Assembly: GCA_026129095.1 (NCBI GenBank)
Contig: JAHCIT010000002.1
Coordinates: 62,001-126,000 of the forward strand
Length of the DNA stretch: 64,000 nt
From: Deltaproteobacteria bacterium
Lineage (GTDB): Bacteria > JAGRBM01 > JAHCIT01
Direction of reading: 5' to 3'
The notes beneath the pieces are model-generated. The model ran no database searches, had not been told where the DNA came from, and saw nothing but the letters and a program-made list of their open reading frames with translations. Below are positions 51,428 through 60,893 of this stretch, piece after piece. A program made the translations under genes and the position numbers. Each line of letters starts with the position of its first letter. The stretch's first letter is position 1.

Positions 51428-53698
51428 ATGGCGAACACTTATTCCAAGGAAAACTACCAGAATCATCAGAAGAAAACCGAACGCGATGCCGTCAAGCGGA
51501 TTGGCAAGGACAAGGTCCAGGAACTGCCGCCGCATGCACTGATCGGCGAAAAGGCGATTTCCAAACCTGAGTTCTTCAACCTTGCAACGACCGAGAGCGG
51601 GCTTTTGGCCGTCAAGGGCGGGCTCTATCTCGGTTTTGTCATTTCGATGGTGTTTTTCATCAAGGGGTTCTGGGCGATGATTTCCCGGTGGCGGAAAGCC
51701 AGCGGGAAGTTTGACCTGAGTGACATCGGCCAGCGGGTGAAGGACTTCCTGGTATACGGCATGCTCCAGAAGCGCGTATCCGAGCGCCGGCTGGCCGGGA
51801 TCATGCACCAGATGATCTTCTACGGCTTCATCGTGCTGTTCATCGGAACCACGATCGTCGCCATCGAGTACGATATCACCCGCAAGCTGGACGAGCACTT
51901 CGGCACCAGCCTCGCCTTCTGGCATGGTGATTTTTATCTCGGCTACTCGTTTTTCCTCGATGTGATGGGACTAGTATTCATCCTCGGTCTCGGTATCGCC
52001 CTGTACCGCCGGTTCATCAAGAAACCAAAGCATCTGGAAACTTCCGTTGATGACCTACGGATCATCGGCATGTTCGGCGCCATTGCCGTCACCGGCTACC
52101 TGCTCGAAGGTGCCCGCATCGCCCTCGTGGACGAACCGTTCCGGGCCTGGTCGCCCGTTGGAAGCTGGACCGGCTACCTGCTGACCGCCATCTTCGGCGA
52201 ACCCGGCACGCCAACCGGCTTCCGCGCATGGGACCAGGCCCCTTACTGGTTCAACGGACTGGGTTATTTCCACAATTCAATCTGGTGGATCCACATGGTC
52301 CTTGTGTTCGGATTCATCGCCTATATCCCGTACGGAAAACTCGCCCACATCATCACCTCGCCGCTCAACATCTTCCTCCGCACCCACAAGCCGACGGGCA
52401 AGATGGTGACACCGTTCCAACTGTTCAACTGGAAAAAGGACGCCGACGGCAACGAAGAGTTCGAAATGCGCGAGGATATGGAGGAGTCGGAGTTTTTCGC
52501 CGGTTCATTCGGCAAGATCGAGGATCTGTCGTGGAAGCAACTCCTTTCCGTGGACGCCTGCACCAAGTGTGCCCGTTGCACGACCGAGTGCCCGGCCACG
52601 GCCGCCGGGCGGGATCTCTCACCCATGCATTTCGTATGGAACGTGGCGGGTTATTCGGCCAAGTACATGAATACACCCCTCGACCAGCGCCCCTCGCTGG
52701 TTTCCGATGACGCCATTCATCCGGAAACAGTCTGGTCCTGCACGACCTGCAACGCCTGCGTCACCGCCTGCCCGGTCTTCATTGAGCATGTAGACATGTA
52801 CATGGGCATGCGCCGCCACATGGCGAATGAGGGCAACCAGTCGCCCCACATGATCGAGACCATGAAGAAGATGGAGAACAACAAGAACCCCTGGGGCATG
52901 GCCCGCGGCGACCGCATGGCCTGGGTCAGCGACTCGCCGGTGAAGCCCGTTACGGTCGAGCAGCAGCCCGAGTTCGACGTTCTCTACTGGATCGGCTGCG
53001 CCGGAAACTACGACTCCCGCAATACGGAAGTTACCAAGTCGGTCCTGAAGCTCCTCGAAATGGCTGGCGTGAAATACGCTGTGCTGGGCAAGGAAGAGGG
53101 CTGCACCGGCGACACGGCCCGGCGGCTCGGAAACGAGGGGCTGTTCCAGCAGCTCGCCATCGAGAACATCATGATGTTCAAGATGACCGGCGTGAAGAAG
53201 ATCCTCACCCAGTGTCCCCACTGCTTCAACACGTTCAAGAACGAGTATCCCGATCTTGGCCTCGAAAATGTTGAGGTGGTTCACCACTCGGAATTCCTCG
53301 ACGAACTCGTCAAGGGCGGCAAACTCCGGCCCAAGAAGAAGATCGAGGAAAAAATCACCTACCACGACTCCTGCTACCTGGGCCGCCACAACGATAACTA
53401 CGACCACCCCCGTTCGGTGCTGGAGGCTTCCGGTGCGGAGCTGGTGGAGATGAAGCGGTCGGGAGAGCGCGGCTTCTGCTGCGGCGCCGGCGGGGCGAAC
53501 ATGTGGTACGAGGTGAAGGAAGAAGAGAAGATCAACCGCATCCGCGTGAATGAAGCGGCTGAAACCGGCGCCCAAACCGCGGCGACCGCCTGCCCGTTCT
53601 GCATGGTCATGTTCCAGGACGGCATCAAGACCACCGACCGGGAAGAAAACTTCAAGCTGAAGGATATCTCGGAGATCCTGCTCGACGCCTGCAGCTGA
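51428..53698 (+). CDS. Membrane Fe-S oxidoreductase, FadF/heterodisulfide-reductase-related (TM domain + 2x[4Fe-4S] + CCG domains)
   Basis: Several TM helices with His residues; CTKCARCTTECP, CTTCNACVTACP, YHDSCYLGR, FCCGAGG and ACPFC. ATG at 51428 follows GGAGG. Confidence 0.92.
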   Translation: MANTYSKENYQNHQKKTERDAVKRIGKDKVQELPPHALIGEKAISKPEFFNLATTESGLLAVKGGLYLGFVISMVFFIKGFWAMISRWRKASGKFDLSDIGQRVKDFLVYGMLQKRVSERRLAGIMHQMIFYGFIVLFIGTTIVAIEYDITRKLDEHFGTSLAFWHGDFYLGYSFFLDVMGLVFILGLGIALYRRFIKKPKHLETSVDDLRIIGMFGAIAVTGYLLEGARIALVDEPFRAWSPVGSWTGYLLTAIFGEPGTPTGFRAWDQAPYWFNGLGYFHNSIWWIHMVLVFGFIAYIPYGKLAHIITSPLNIFLRTHKPTGKMVTPFQLFNWKKDADGNEEFEMREDMEESEFFAGSFGKIEDLSWKQLLSVDACTKCARCTTECPATAAGRDLSPMHFVWNVAGYSAKYMNTPLDQRPSLVSDDAIHPETVWSCTTCNACVTACPVFIEHVDMYMGMRRHMANEGNQSPHMIETMKKMENNKNPWGMARGDRMAWVSDSPVKPVTVEQQPEFDVLYWIGCAGNYDSRNTEVTKSVLKLLEMAGVKYAVLGKEEGCTGDTARRLGNEGLFQQLAIENIMMFKMTGVKKILTQCPHCFNTFKNEYPDLGLENVEVVHHSEFLDELVKGGKLRPKKKIEEKITYHDSCYLGRHNDNYDHPRSVLEASGAELVEMKRSGERGFCCGAGGANMWYEVKEEEKINRIRVNEAAETGAQTAATACPFCMVMFQDGIKTTDREENFKLKDISEILLDACS

Positions 53699-53793
53699 GG
53701 GGATAGGCCCGTCTTGCCTTCCATTGGTCCCTGTGACTACACAGGAGGCATACTGAATGAACAATCATTCAGTTTCGGAAGGGGCGACGACCG

Positions 53794-55146
53794 ATGATCC
53801 GCAAGCTGCTGGTGGCCAACCGGGGTGAAATCGCATGCCGCGTGATCCGAACGGCAAAAAAGCTCGGGATCAAGACCGTCGCAGTCCATTCGGAAGCCGA
53901 CGCCAAGGCACCCCATGTGGAGATGGCTGACGAAAGCGTGCTGATCGGACCGCCCCCTCCGCCACAAAGCTACCTGAACACAGCCGCAATCCTGGAGGCC
54001 GCAAGGAGGACCGGTGCCGATGGTGTGCACCCAGGGTATGGTTTCCTCTCGGAAAACGGCGACTTTGTCCACGCCGTTCGTGGCGCCGGTCTTGTCTTCG
54101 TTGGTCCCGAAGCCGATGCCATGCACCAGATGGGAGACAAGGGCGTCGCCCGCCGGATCGTGCAGGCGGCAGGAGTGCCCACCGTGCCGGGTTCGGCCGG
54201 AATCGTCCAGACCGCTGACGATGCAAAGCTGGAAGCCGACCGGATCGGCTATCCCGTCCTGCTCAAGGCAGCGGCAGGGGGCGGCGGCATCGGCATGACG
54301 CTGGTGAAGTCAGGAGATGAAATCGTCAAGGCGTTTGAAAGCTCTTCTTCCCGCGCCCAGAAGGCATTTGGCGATGGCAGCCTCTATATCGAGAAATTCA
54401 TCGAAAATCCCCACCATATCGAGGTGCAGGTTTTCGGCGATACGCATGGCAGCGTGATCCACCTCTTTGAGCGTGAATGCTCGGTCCAGCGCCGTCACCA
54501 GAAGATCATCGAGGAAACACCCGCCCCGCTGCTCATAGGCCGGAACGACGTGCTCGGGAAAATCTTTGACGCGGCGGTACTGGCGGCGAAGGCGGTCAAC
54601 TACACGAATGCCGGAACCATCGAGTTCATCGCTGACGAGAAGGGCAACTTCTACTTCATTGAAATGAATACCCGACTCCAGGTCGAACACCCTGTTACCG
54701 AGGCCGTGACCGGGCTTGATCTCGTGGAGTGGCAGCTCCGCGTGGCTGTCGGAGAAAGACTCCCCCTCGCGCAGAGCGAGGTGAAACGTTCCGGCGCGGC
54801 GGTCGAATGCCGCATCTGTGCCGAAAACCCCGCGAAAAACTTTTTCCCGGCCCCCGGCAAGATCGATGAGCTGGTCTGGGGCGATGGCATGCGCGTGGAT
54901 ACCGGTGTCCGGGCAGGATCGGAGATCACGCCCTTCTACGATCCGATGGTCGCGAAGGTCATTGGCCACGGAGCGACACGGAGCGAGGCGATAGACCGGC
55001 TGTCCGCCGCCCTGGACAAAACGGTGATCAAACCGCTTCAGACGAACCTGAACCTCCACCGGCATGTGCTGAGGGAGGATCGGTTCCGCGCCGGGAAATA
55101 CGACACCAACTATCTCGCCACCCTGGACCTGAAACAGCTCGCCTGA
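53794..55146 (+). CDS. Biotin carboxylase (stand-alone, no biotin-carrier domain)
   Basis: LVANRGEIA, HPGYGFLSEN, ECSVQRRHQK, EMNTRLQVEHPVTE, YDPMVAK. Confidence 0.95.
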   Translation: MIRKLLVANRGEIACRVIRTAKKLGIKTVAVHSEADAKAPHVEMADESVLIGPPPPPQSYLNTAAILEAARRTGADGVHPGYGFLSENGDFVHAVRGAGLVFVGPEADAMHQMGDKGVARRIVQAAGVPTVPGSAGIVQTADDAKLEADRIGYPVLLKAAAGGGGIGMTLVKSGDEIVKAFESSSSRAQKAFGDGSLYIEKFIENPHHIEVQVFGDTHGSVIHLFERECSVQRRHQKIIEETPAPLLIGRNDVLGKIFDAAVLAAKAVNYTNAGTIEFIADEKGNFYFIEMNTRLQVEHPVTEAVTGLDLVEWQLRVAVGERLPLAQSEVKRSGAAVECRICAENPAKNFFPAPGKIDELVWGDGMRVDTGVRAGSEITPFYDPMVAKVIGHGATRSEAIDRLSAALDKTVIKPLQTNLNLHRHVLREDRFRAGKYDTNYLATLDLKQLA

Positions 55147-55158
55147 GAGGGATTTTTC

Positions 55159-55935
55159 ATGCCGAACTTTACGTCGCTCCTGTATGAAGTGGACGGGCAC
55201 ATCTGCACGATCACGCTGAACCGCCCCGAAAAGAAGAACGCCCTGTCCCAAGCCCTTACGAACGAGATCATCTTTGCGCTGGAAACGGCCCGGGACGATT
55301 CCAGTGTCCGGGTGATCGTCCTGACCGGTTCGGGCGGCGTGTTCTGTTCAGGCGCGGATTTGGGAGGCATGGCCGATTCCCAGAAGTCTGACATCCCGCA
55401 TCGCGGGTCGTTTCCCGAACTGCTGATTGCCCAGCGGACCTGCGGAAAGCCGATCATCGCCAAGGTCCGCAAATACGCCCTGGCGGGCGGGCTGGGGCTC
55501 ATGATGGGCTGCCAGTTCGCACTGGCCGAGGACACCGCACAGTTCAGCACCCCGGAAATTGACCGTGGCATCTGGCCCATGATGATCATGGCCAATATCT
55601 TCCGGCATGTGCCGCGCCGCAAGGGACTCGAAATGTGTCTTTTTGGTGAACGGATAGACGCCAAACAGGCCGAGAACTGGGGTGTTATCAACAAGGCCGT
55701 GCCGGCGGACCAGCTTGATGCTGAAGTGGCGTCCTGGGCCCAGAGGCTGGCCGAGAAATCGCCCATCGCCATGAAGTTGGGGCTCAACGCCTTCTACAAG
55801 CAGGAGGCGATGGAGTTTGATGCGGCGGTAAAATATCTCTCAGGTGAACTTGCCAAGGTGATCAACACGGAGGACGCCCGCGAAGGAATCGCCGCGTTCC
55901 TCCAGAAGCGCAAGCCGAACTTCAAGGGGAAATAG
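55159..55935 (+). CDS. Enoyl-CoA hydratase/isomerase (crotonase) family protein
   Basis: ITLNRPEKKNAL, FCSGADL, ALAGG, TPEIDRG, EDAREGIAAFLQKRKP. Confidence 0.93.
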   Translation: MPNFTSLLYEVDGHICTITLNRPEKKNALSQALTNEIIFALETARDDSSVRVIVLTGSGGVFCSGADLGGMADSQKSDIPHRGSFPELLIAQRTCGKPIIAKVRKYALAGGLGLMMGCQFALAEDTAQFSTPEIDRGIWPMMIMANIFRHVPRRKGLEMCLFGERIDAKQAENWGVINKAVPADQLDAEVASWAQRLAEKSPIAMKLGLNAFYKQEAMEFDAAVKYLSGELAKVINTEDAREGIAAFLQKRKPNFKGK

Positions 55936-56910
55936 CTACCGGTCCGGAAAAAGTACTTTTGCAAGCGCCGGGGAATCGGCCAGAACCTTCAGGGCCGCCT
56001 CATAGGGATTCAGCGCTCCGGCGCGCACCTCGGACGCAAGCTGGCCGAGTACCCCTCCAGCGCCCGTGGCGGCTTTCAGCCGGTTTTCCATTTCATCCCG
56101 GACAATTTCCACGAACTGGGCGAGCCGCTGCTCGGCACGCTTCTGCTCGCGGGCGGGCGTGTCGCGGGTCTTCTCCAGATGCTGCCCGAATGCACCGGCG
56201 ATCTCATCCACACCCTGGTCGAGCGACGCCGCCGCGAGCAGCACCGGAACCGTCCAGTCGGGATTGTCAGACAGATGGACCATCAGTTCCAGTTCCACCT
56301 TGATCCGCTCGGCCCCGTCGCGGTCGCACTTGTTCACCACGAAGATGTCCGCGATCTCCATCAGCCCGGCCTTCATCGTCTGGATGGTGTCGCCAGCCTC
56401 GGGCACCAGAACCACGACCGTCGTGTCGGCCAGCTCCATGATATCCAGCTCCGTCTGGCCGACGCCGACGGTTTCAATCACTATCAGGCCGTAACCGGCC
56501 GCGTCGAAAACCCGCACAACGTCGCGGGTGGCCCGTGACAGCCCGCCATGCGCGCCACGGGTACCGAAACTCCGGATGAAAACACCTTCGTCCAGCGAAT
56601 GGCTCTGCATCCGCACCCGGTCGCCCAGAATGGCCCCGCCCGTGAACGGGCTTGACGGGTCGATGGCGATAACGGCCACCTTTTCACCGTGGCGGCGAAA
56701 ACGCGCAACCAGCCGGTCGGTAAGCGTGCTTTTGCCAGCACCGGGCGGACCGGTAATACCCAGCACTTTCGCCCCGCGGCTGCGGCGATAGATCTCCGCC
56801 AGCAGCTCGCCGGAACCCTCCGACCGGTTTTCCACCAGCGAGATCAGCCGGGCCAACGCCCGCCGGTCTCCAGCCAGCATGGGATCGAGAAGCGGATGGG
56901 CCACGAGCAC
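55936..56910 (-). CDS. meaB: Methylmalonyl-CoA mutase-associated GTPase MeaB/ArgK
   Basis: ALARLISLVEN, GPPGAGKST, DPSSPFTGGAILGDRVRM, IETVGVGQ, NKCD. Confidence 0.95.
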   Translation of the reverse strand: MLVAHPLLDPMLAGDRRALARLISLVENRSEGSGELLAEIYRRSRGAKVLGITGPPGAGKSTLTDRLVARFRRHGEKVAVIAIDPSSPFTGGAILGDRVRMQSHSLDEGVFIRSFGTRGAHGGLSRATRDVVRVFDAAGYGLIVIETVGVGQTELDIMELADTTVVVLVPEAGDTIQTMKAGLMEIADIFVVNKCDRDGAERIKVELELMVHLSDNPDWTVPVLLAAASLDQGVDEIAGAFGQHLEKTRDTPAREQKRAEQRLAQFVEIVRDEMENRLKAATGAGGVLGQLASEVRAGALNPYEAALKVLADSPALAKVLFPDR

Positions 56911-56942
56911 TCTTTCAGCCCCGGCAGCCGTCAGGGTGCCGC

Positions 56943-59552
56943 ATGGCGAGCCTGAACCCTAGCATACGCCACGTCCGGTCAACCTTGCCGGACCCGTTTC
57001 TCCGTGCATACTCGCCCGTAGTGTCCCCAGTTCCCGATCCACCCTGGACTCCTTCCGCACAAAAGTCGCTCCGCGCCGAGATCGCGGCCAGCGGCGGCAA
57101 TGAAGTCTATTTTCTTGCCCGCATGGATGAAGCCGGCCGTATTTTCTGGGCAGAGCCGATGGCCAGAGGCGGCCCCGATTCAGTGCCGGCGCCCCAGCTC
57201 CGTCCGCAATCGGGCGAAGCCGTCGTGCACAATCATCCTGGCGGGAACCTCCAGCCATCGGAACCTGACCTTGAAATTGCATCCCAGCTGGGCGCACGGG
57301 GGGTCGGGTTTTTTATTATCGATAGCGAAGTCACCCGTATCTACCGGGTTGTGGAGCCGTTCCAGGAGGCAGACGCCCCGCCACCTGATATTGAGGCATT
57401 GCGCGGCACTTTTTCCCCGGGTGGCGGACTGGCCAGGGCATTCAGCGGTTTTGAGCCCCGCGAGGAACAGGGACGCATGGCCGAGATGCTGACGAATACC
57501 TTTGAATTGAAAGGTATCGCCGTCGTTGAGGCCGGAACCGGTGTCGGCAAGTCACTCGCCTATCTGGTCCCGGCCCTCGACTGGGCGCGCCGCCATGGGA
57601 AGCGTGTCGCCATCTCCACAGCCACGCATACGCTTCAGCAGCAGCTCGTGGAGAACGACATCCCCCTGCTGGAAAAGGCGACCGGAGCACCCGTGCGGGC
57701 GGCGACGCTGATGGGGCGGTCAAACTACGTCTGCAAGCGCAAGGCTGCAGAACTGTCCCGGCAGGAAACGCTGGAACTGGATGATGAGGCGTCCGATGCC
57801 GTCCGGGAACTGGCGCGATGGGCGTCGGCAACTCCTACCGGCGAACGGCGGGACTTCGGCTCCAGCGTCAGCGAAACGGTCTGGGAAAAAGTCGCCTCCA
57901 TGACGGACCAGACGCTGCGGACGAAATGCCCTTTCTACAACGAATGCTTTTACTATCAGGCCCGGCGGAAGGCCGCTTCATCCGAGCTCCTCATTGTCAA
58001 CCATCATCTCCTGCTTTCAGACCTGGCGCTCAAGACCGAGCTGGACCAGTTTTCTGATGCGGCCGTCCTCCCGCCGTTTGAGGCCGTCGTGATCGACGAG
58101 GCCCATCACCTGCCTGATACCGGAACGACGGCGGCCTCAACGACGCTTTCCGCCACGCGGATGGCCAAGGTCTGCCAGAGACTCGTCTCCTCGAAAGACC
58201 CGTTGAAAGGGCTGCTCGCGCAGTTTGAAACCCGGATAAACCGGTCCAGTGAACCCGGCGAACCGAGGGTGGCCTTGCTCAAGGCGGCCGGCGAAGTCCG
58301 CGGCCAAGTCATCCGCGTCCGCGATACCGGGCGCAAGGTGTTCGACCAGTGGTTCGACACATTCGACGGCATGCTTCCCTCCGGAGAACGCGGCGGACGG
58401 TACCGCAAGCTCCGGATCACCCGGCGTGAGCGCAGCCTCCCCAGCTACGGGGAATCGGTCGAAACCCCCGCACGGGAGCTGATGACCGAGCTGGTGCGGC
58501 TTGCCGGACTGCTGGAAGCCCTCACCCGGAGCGTGAAAGGCGACAGTCCTCTTGGCAAAGAGACGGAGGCAAATCTTGTCGAAATGCGTTCGCTGCAGGG
58601 AAGGCTGGAACTGGCCGCCGAAGACCTGGCCATACTGCTTACTGACGACGACGAATACTGCACCTGGGTAGATCTCGATGCCGACAACCACCGGGTGACA
58701 CTGCATCGTGCACCAGTCGATCCTGGTCCCTTTCTGGACAAGGCCATATTCAGCCAGCCATCCGTCGAAGCAGTCGCACTGACCAGTGCTACCCTCGCCG
58801 TGGCCGGGAAATTCGCCAATTTTGAACGGCAGTCTGGGCTCATCCGGAGCAGGCAACCTGAACGACGGACCGAACTGCTGCTCACCAGTCCGTTCGATTT
58901 CGCCCGTCAGGCAATGCTGGCGACACCGGGCGACATTCCCGATCCCAAGTCGGACCTGTTCGCACTGAAACTCGCCAACTGGCTGCGGGAGCTTCTTCTC
59001 GCTTCCCGGGGTCATGCCTTTGTGCTGTTCACGTCCTACCAGCTCCTGGAGCGGACATTCCGGGAACTGGAACCGGTGCTTTCGGCGGCAGGCCTGACGG
59101 CCCTCCGGCAGGAAGCCGGCCGCAAGGGCCGGCTGGCCGATCAGTTCCGAAACTCGGCAAAACCGGTCCTTTTTGCGACGGCAAGCTTCTGGGAAGGCGT
59201 GGATATTCCCGGCGACCAGCTCCGGCACGTCATCATCACCCGGCTGCCGTTTACCGTGCCGTCGGAGCCAATTCAGGTCGCCCGCGCCGAACGGATCAGG
59301 AAGGAGGGCCGCTCGGACTTTGACGAAATGTCGGTCCCTCAGGCGGTGATCCGGTTCCGGCAGGGGTTTGGTCGCCTGATCCGCTCAAAAACCGACAGGG
59401 GCGTGGTGACGGTCCTGGACTCACGGATAGTCACCAAGCGTTTCGGAAGGGTTTTTACCGATTCGCTCCCGCCCGTCCGCCGGTCCAGCGGAAAATGGGA
59501 ACAGGTGATTTCCGACGTCAGGGATTTTTTCAGGACGTTCCCGGACGAGTGA
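56943..59552 (+). CDS. DinG/YoaA-family helicase with N-terminal JAB/MPN domain (start probably slightly downstream, ~57021)
   Basis: JAB: GNEVYF and HNHPGGNLQPSEPD. Helicase: EAGTGVGKS, DEAHH, TSATL, FWEGVD, QGFGRLIRSKTDRG. Confidence 0.92.
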   Translation: MASLNPSIRHVRSTLPDPFLRAYSPVVSPVPDPPWTPSAQKSLRAEIAASGGNEVYFLARMDEAGRIFWAEPMARGGPDSVPAPQLRPQSGEAVVHNHPGGNLQPSEPDLEIASQLGARGVGFFIIDSEVTRIYRVVEPFQEADAPPPDIEALRGTFSPGGGLARAFSGFEPREEQGRMAEMLTNTFELKGIAVVEAGTGVGKSLAYLVPALDWARRHGKRVAISTATHTLQQQLVENDIPLLEKATGAPVRAATLMGRSNYVCKRKAAELSRQETLELDDEASDAVRELARWASATPTGERRDFGSSVSETVWEKVASMTDQTLRTKCPFYNECFYYQARRKAASSELLIVNHHLLLSDLALKTELDQFSDAAVLPPFEAVVIDEAHHLPDTGTTAASTTLSATRMAKVCQRLVSSKDPLKGLLAQFETRINRSSEPGEPRVALLKAAGEVRGQVIRVRDTGRKVFDQWFDTFDGMLPSGERGGRYRKLRITRRERSLPSYGESVETPARELMTELVRLAGLLEALTRSVKGDSPLGKETEANLVEMRSLQGRLELAAEDLAILLTDDDEYCTWVDLDADNHRVTLHRAPVDPGPFLDKAIFSQPSVEAVALTSATLAVAGKFANFERQSGLIRSRQPERRTELLLTSPFDFARQAMLATPGDIPDPKSDLFALKLANWLRELLLASRGHAFVLFTSYQLLERTFRELEPVLSAAGLTALRQEAGRKGRLADQFRNSAKPVLFATASFWEGVDIPGDQLRHVIITRLPFTVPSEPIQVARAERIRKEGRSDFDEMSVPQAVIRFRQGFGRLIRSKTDRGVVTVLDSRIVTKRFGRVFTDSLPPVRRSSGKWEQVISDVRDFFRTFPDE

Positions 59553-59566
59553 CTATACTCTGCCGG

Positions 59567-59878
59567 ATGGCCGTACAGGTTGGCATACTGACCGTCTGGC
59601 TCCGGCTGCACGGCGCCGGTTCACTCAAGGACAAGCGCAAGGTCGTGCGGTCCATCCTTGACCAGACACGGCGGGCGTTCCGCTGTTCGGCGTCAGAAAC
59701 CGATCTCCACGACCATCATACACAGGCGGAGCTGACTTTCGCCGTGGTCGGCGGCGACGCGCTTGCCTTGCGGGCATTGCTCGACCGGATGCTCGAATAT
59801 GTGGAGGCCCGCTGCATCCGGCATGGAGCGGAACTGACCGACCAGGCCTCCGACGTCGACCGGTGGCAGAACGCCTAG
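59567..59878 (+). CDS. DUF503 (YlxP-like) protein
   Basis: VGILTVWLRL..SLKDKRKVVRS..SASETDLHD. Start set at ATG 59567. Confidence 0.88.
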   Translation: MAVQVGILTVWLRLHGAGSLKDKRKVVRSILDQTRRAFRCSASETDLHDHHTQAELTFAVVGGDALALRALLDRMLEYVEARCIRHGAELTDQASDVDRWQNA

Positions 59879-59880
59879 CG

Positions 59881-60450
59881 TCATTTCACCAGTTTCGAGA
59901 CTGCCCTGAACTCGTCCGTGCCGGCCCTGCCAAGGAGCTGGAACACGGCGCTTTCGGCCGTCGTCACAACGGCTCCAGCCCGGTCGCACTGGCGCAGCCC
60001 CGTCTTCCAGTTGAGCTTGCGCCGGGAGAGACACGCATCGGCAATGACATGGACCAGATAACCCTTTTCCAGCAGTTTCAGGGCGGTCTGATAGACACAA
60101 ATATGGGTCTCCATGCCTGCAAGAAGGACGGTGGGCCTCCTCAATCCTTCCAGCACATGCATGAATTCGGCATTGTCCGGGCAGGCAAACTCGGTCTTTT
60201 CAATTGCCTTGAGTGTAGGGAAGGCCTCTACCACTTCCGGAATGGTGCGGCCGAGCCCCTTGGGATACTGCTCGGTTGCCACCACTGGAATGGAAAGCAC
60301 CCGGGCCGCCTCCAGCAGGATACGCACATTCTGGAGTGCCCGTTCCCGATGGGCGGTATCCATGACAGCAAACAGACGCTCCTGATAGTCAACCACCGAC
60401 AGCACCGTCCGGGAGCGGTCCAGTTGCAGAGACTCAATAACACTGGGCAT
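59881..60450 (-). CDS. Isochorismatase-family hydrolase
   Basis: VVDYQERL, TEQYPKGLG, AGMETHICVYQTA. Confidence 0.92.
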   Translation of the reverse strand: MPSVIESLQLDRSRTVLSVVDYQERLFAVMDTAHRERALQNVRILLEAARVLSIPVVATEQYPKGLGRTIPEVVEAFPTLKAIEKTEFACPDNAEFMHVLEGLRRPTVLLAGMETHICVYQTALKLLEKGYLVHVIADACLSRRKLNWKTGLRQCDRAGAVVTTAESAVFQLLGRAGTDEFRAVSKLVK

Positions 60451-60479
60451 CGGGAAGCATTACCTCTCTCGACGGGGAA

Positions 60480-60809
60480 TCAGTGATGATGCGGAATGCA
60501 TTCGGCGCACTGGCAGTCCCGGCGGAGCGCATCCATCGTGTAAATGGCGTCGTACCCGTCCGACCAGCTCACCATCATCCGTCCGTCGGCTACCTTCACC
60601 TTGAGTGGCCACGGTTTGGCCTGACCAGCTCCGGCCAGCGGTGACTTCTGGCTCGGACGGTCAAAGGGCGGCGGCTGAAGCACCCGCAGCTGGTCATAGG
60701 TAAAGATCGAATGGTGCCCGTCGTCCCAGTGAACATCGAGCGCGTAGTTGCCAAGCCCCTGACAGGTCCTGATCTTGAACGGGTTTGAAATCTGCACCAG
60801 CTCGGCCAT
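60480..60809 (-). CDS. Tandem DUF971 (GBBH-N-like) domain protein
   Basis: Two copies of W(D/S)DG..I(F/Y)..D.LR; only the second ends in CQCAEC. Confidence 0.75.
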   Translation of the reverse strand: MAELVQISNPFKIRTCQGLGNYALDVHWDDGHHSIFTYDQLRVLQPPPFDRPSQKSPLAGAGQAKPWPLKVKVADGRMMVSWSDGYDAIYTMDALRRDCQCAECIPHHH

Positions 60810-60893
60810 GGGCGCGCTCCAGTTGAGACGGCTTTACCCGCTCTCCGGCGGGGGAGAATACCCGTCGGAACCGGCGGGACAAGTCTGCGACCC

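Noticed and set aside
52619-59228. Minus-strand ORFs 52619..53764, 54310..55251 and 58137..59228
   Set aside because: Antisense to clearly identified enzymes.
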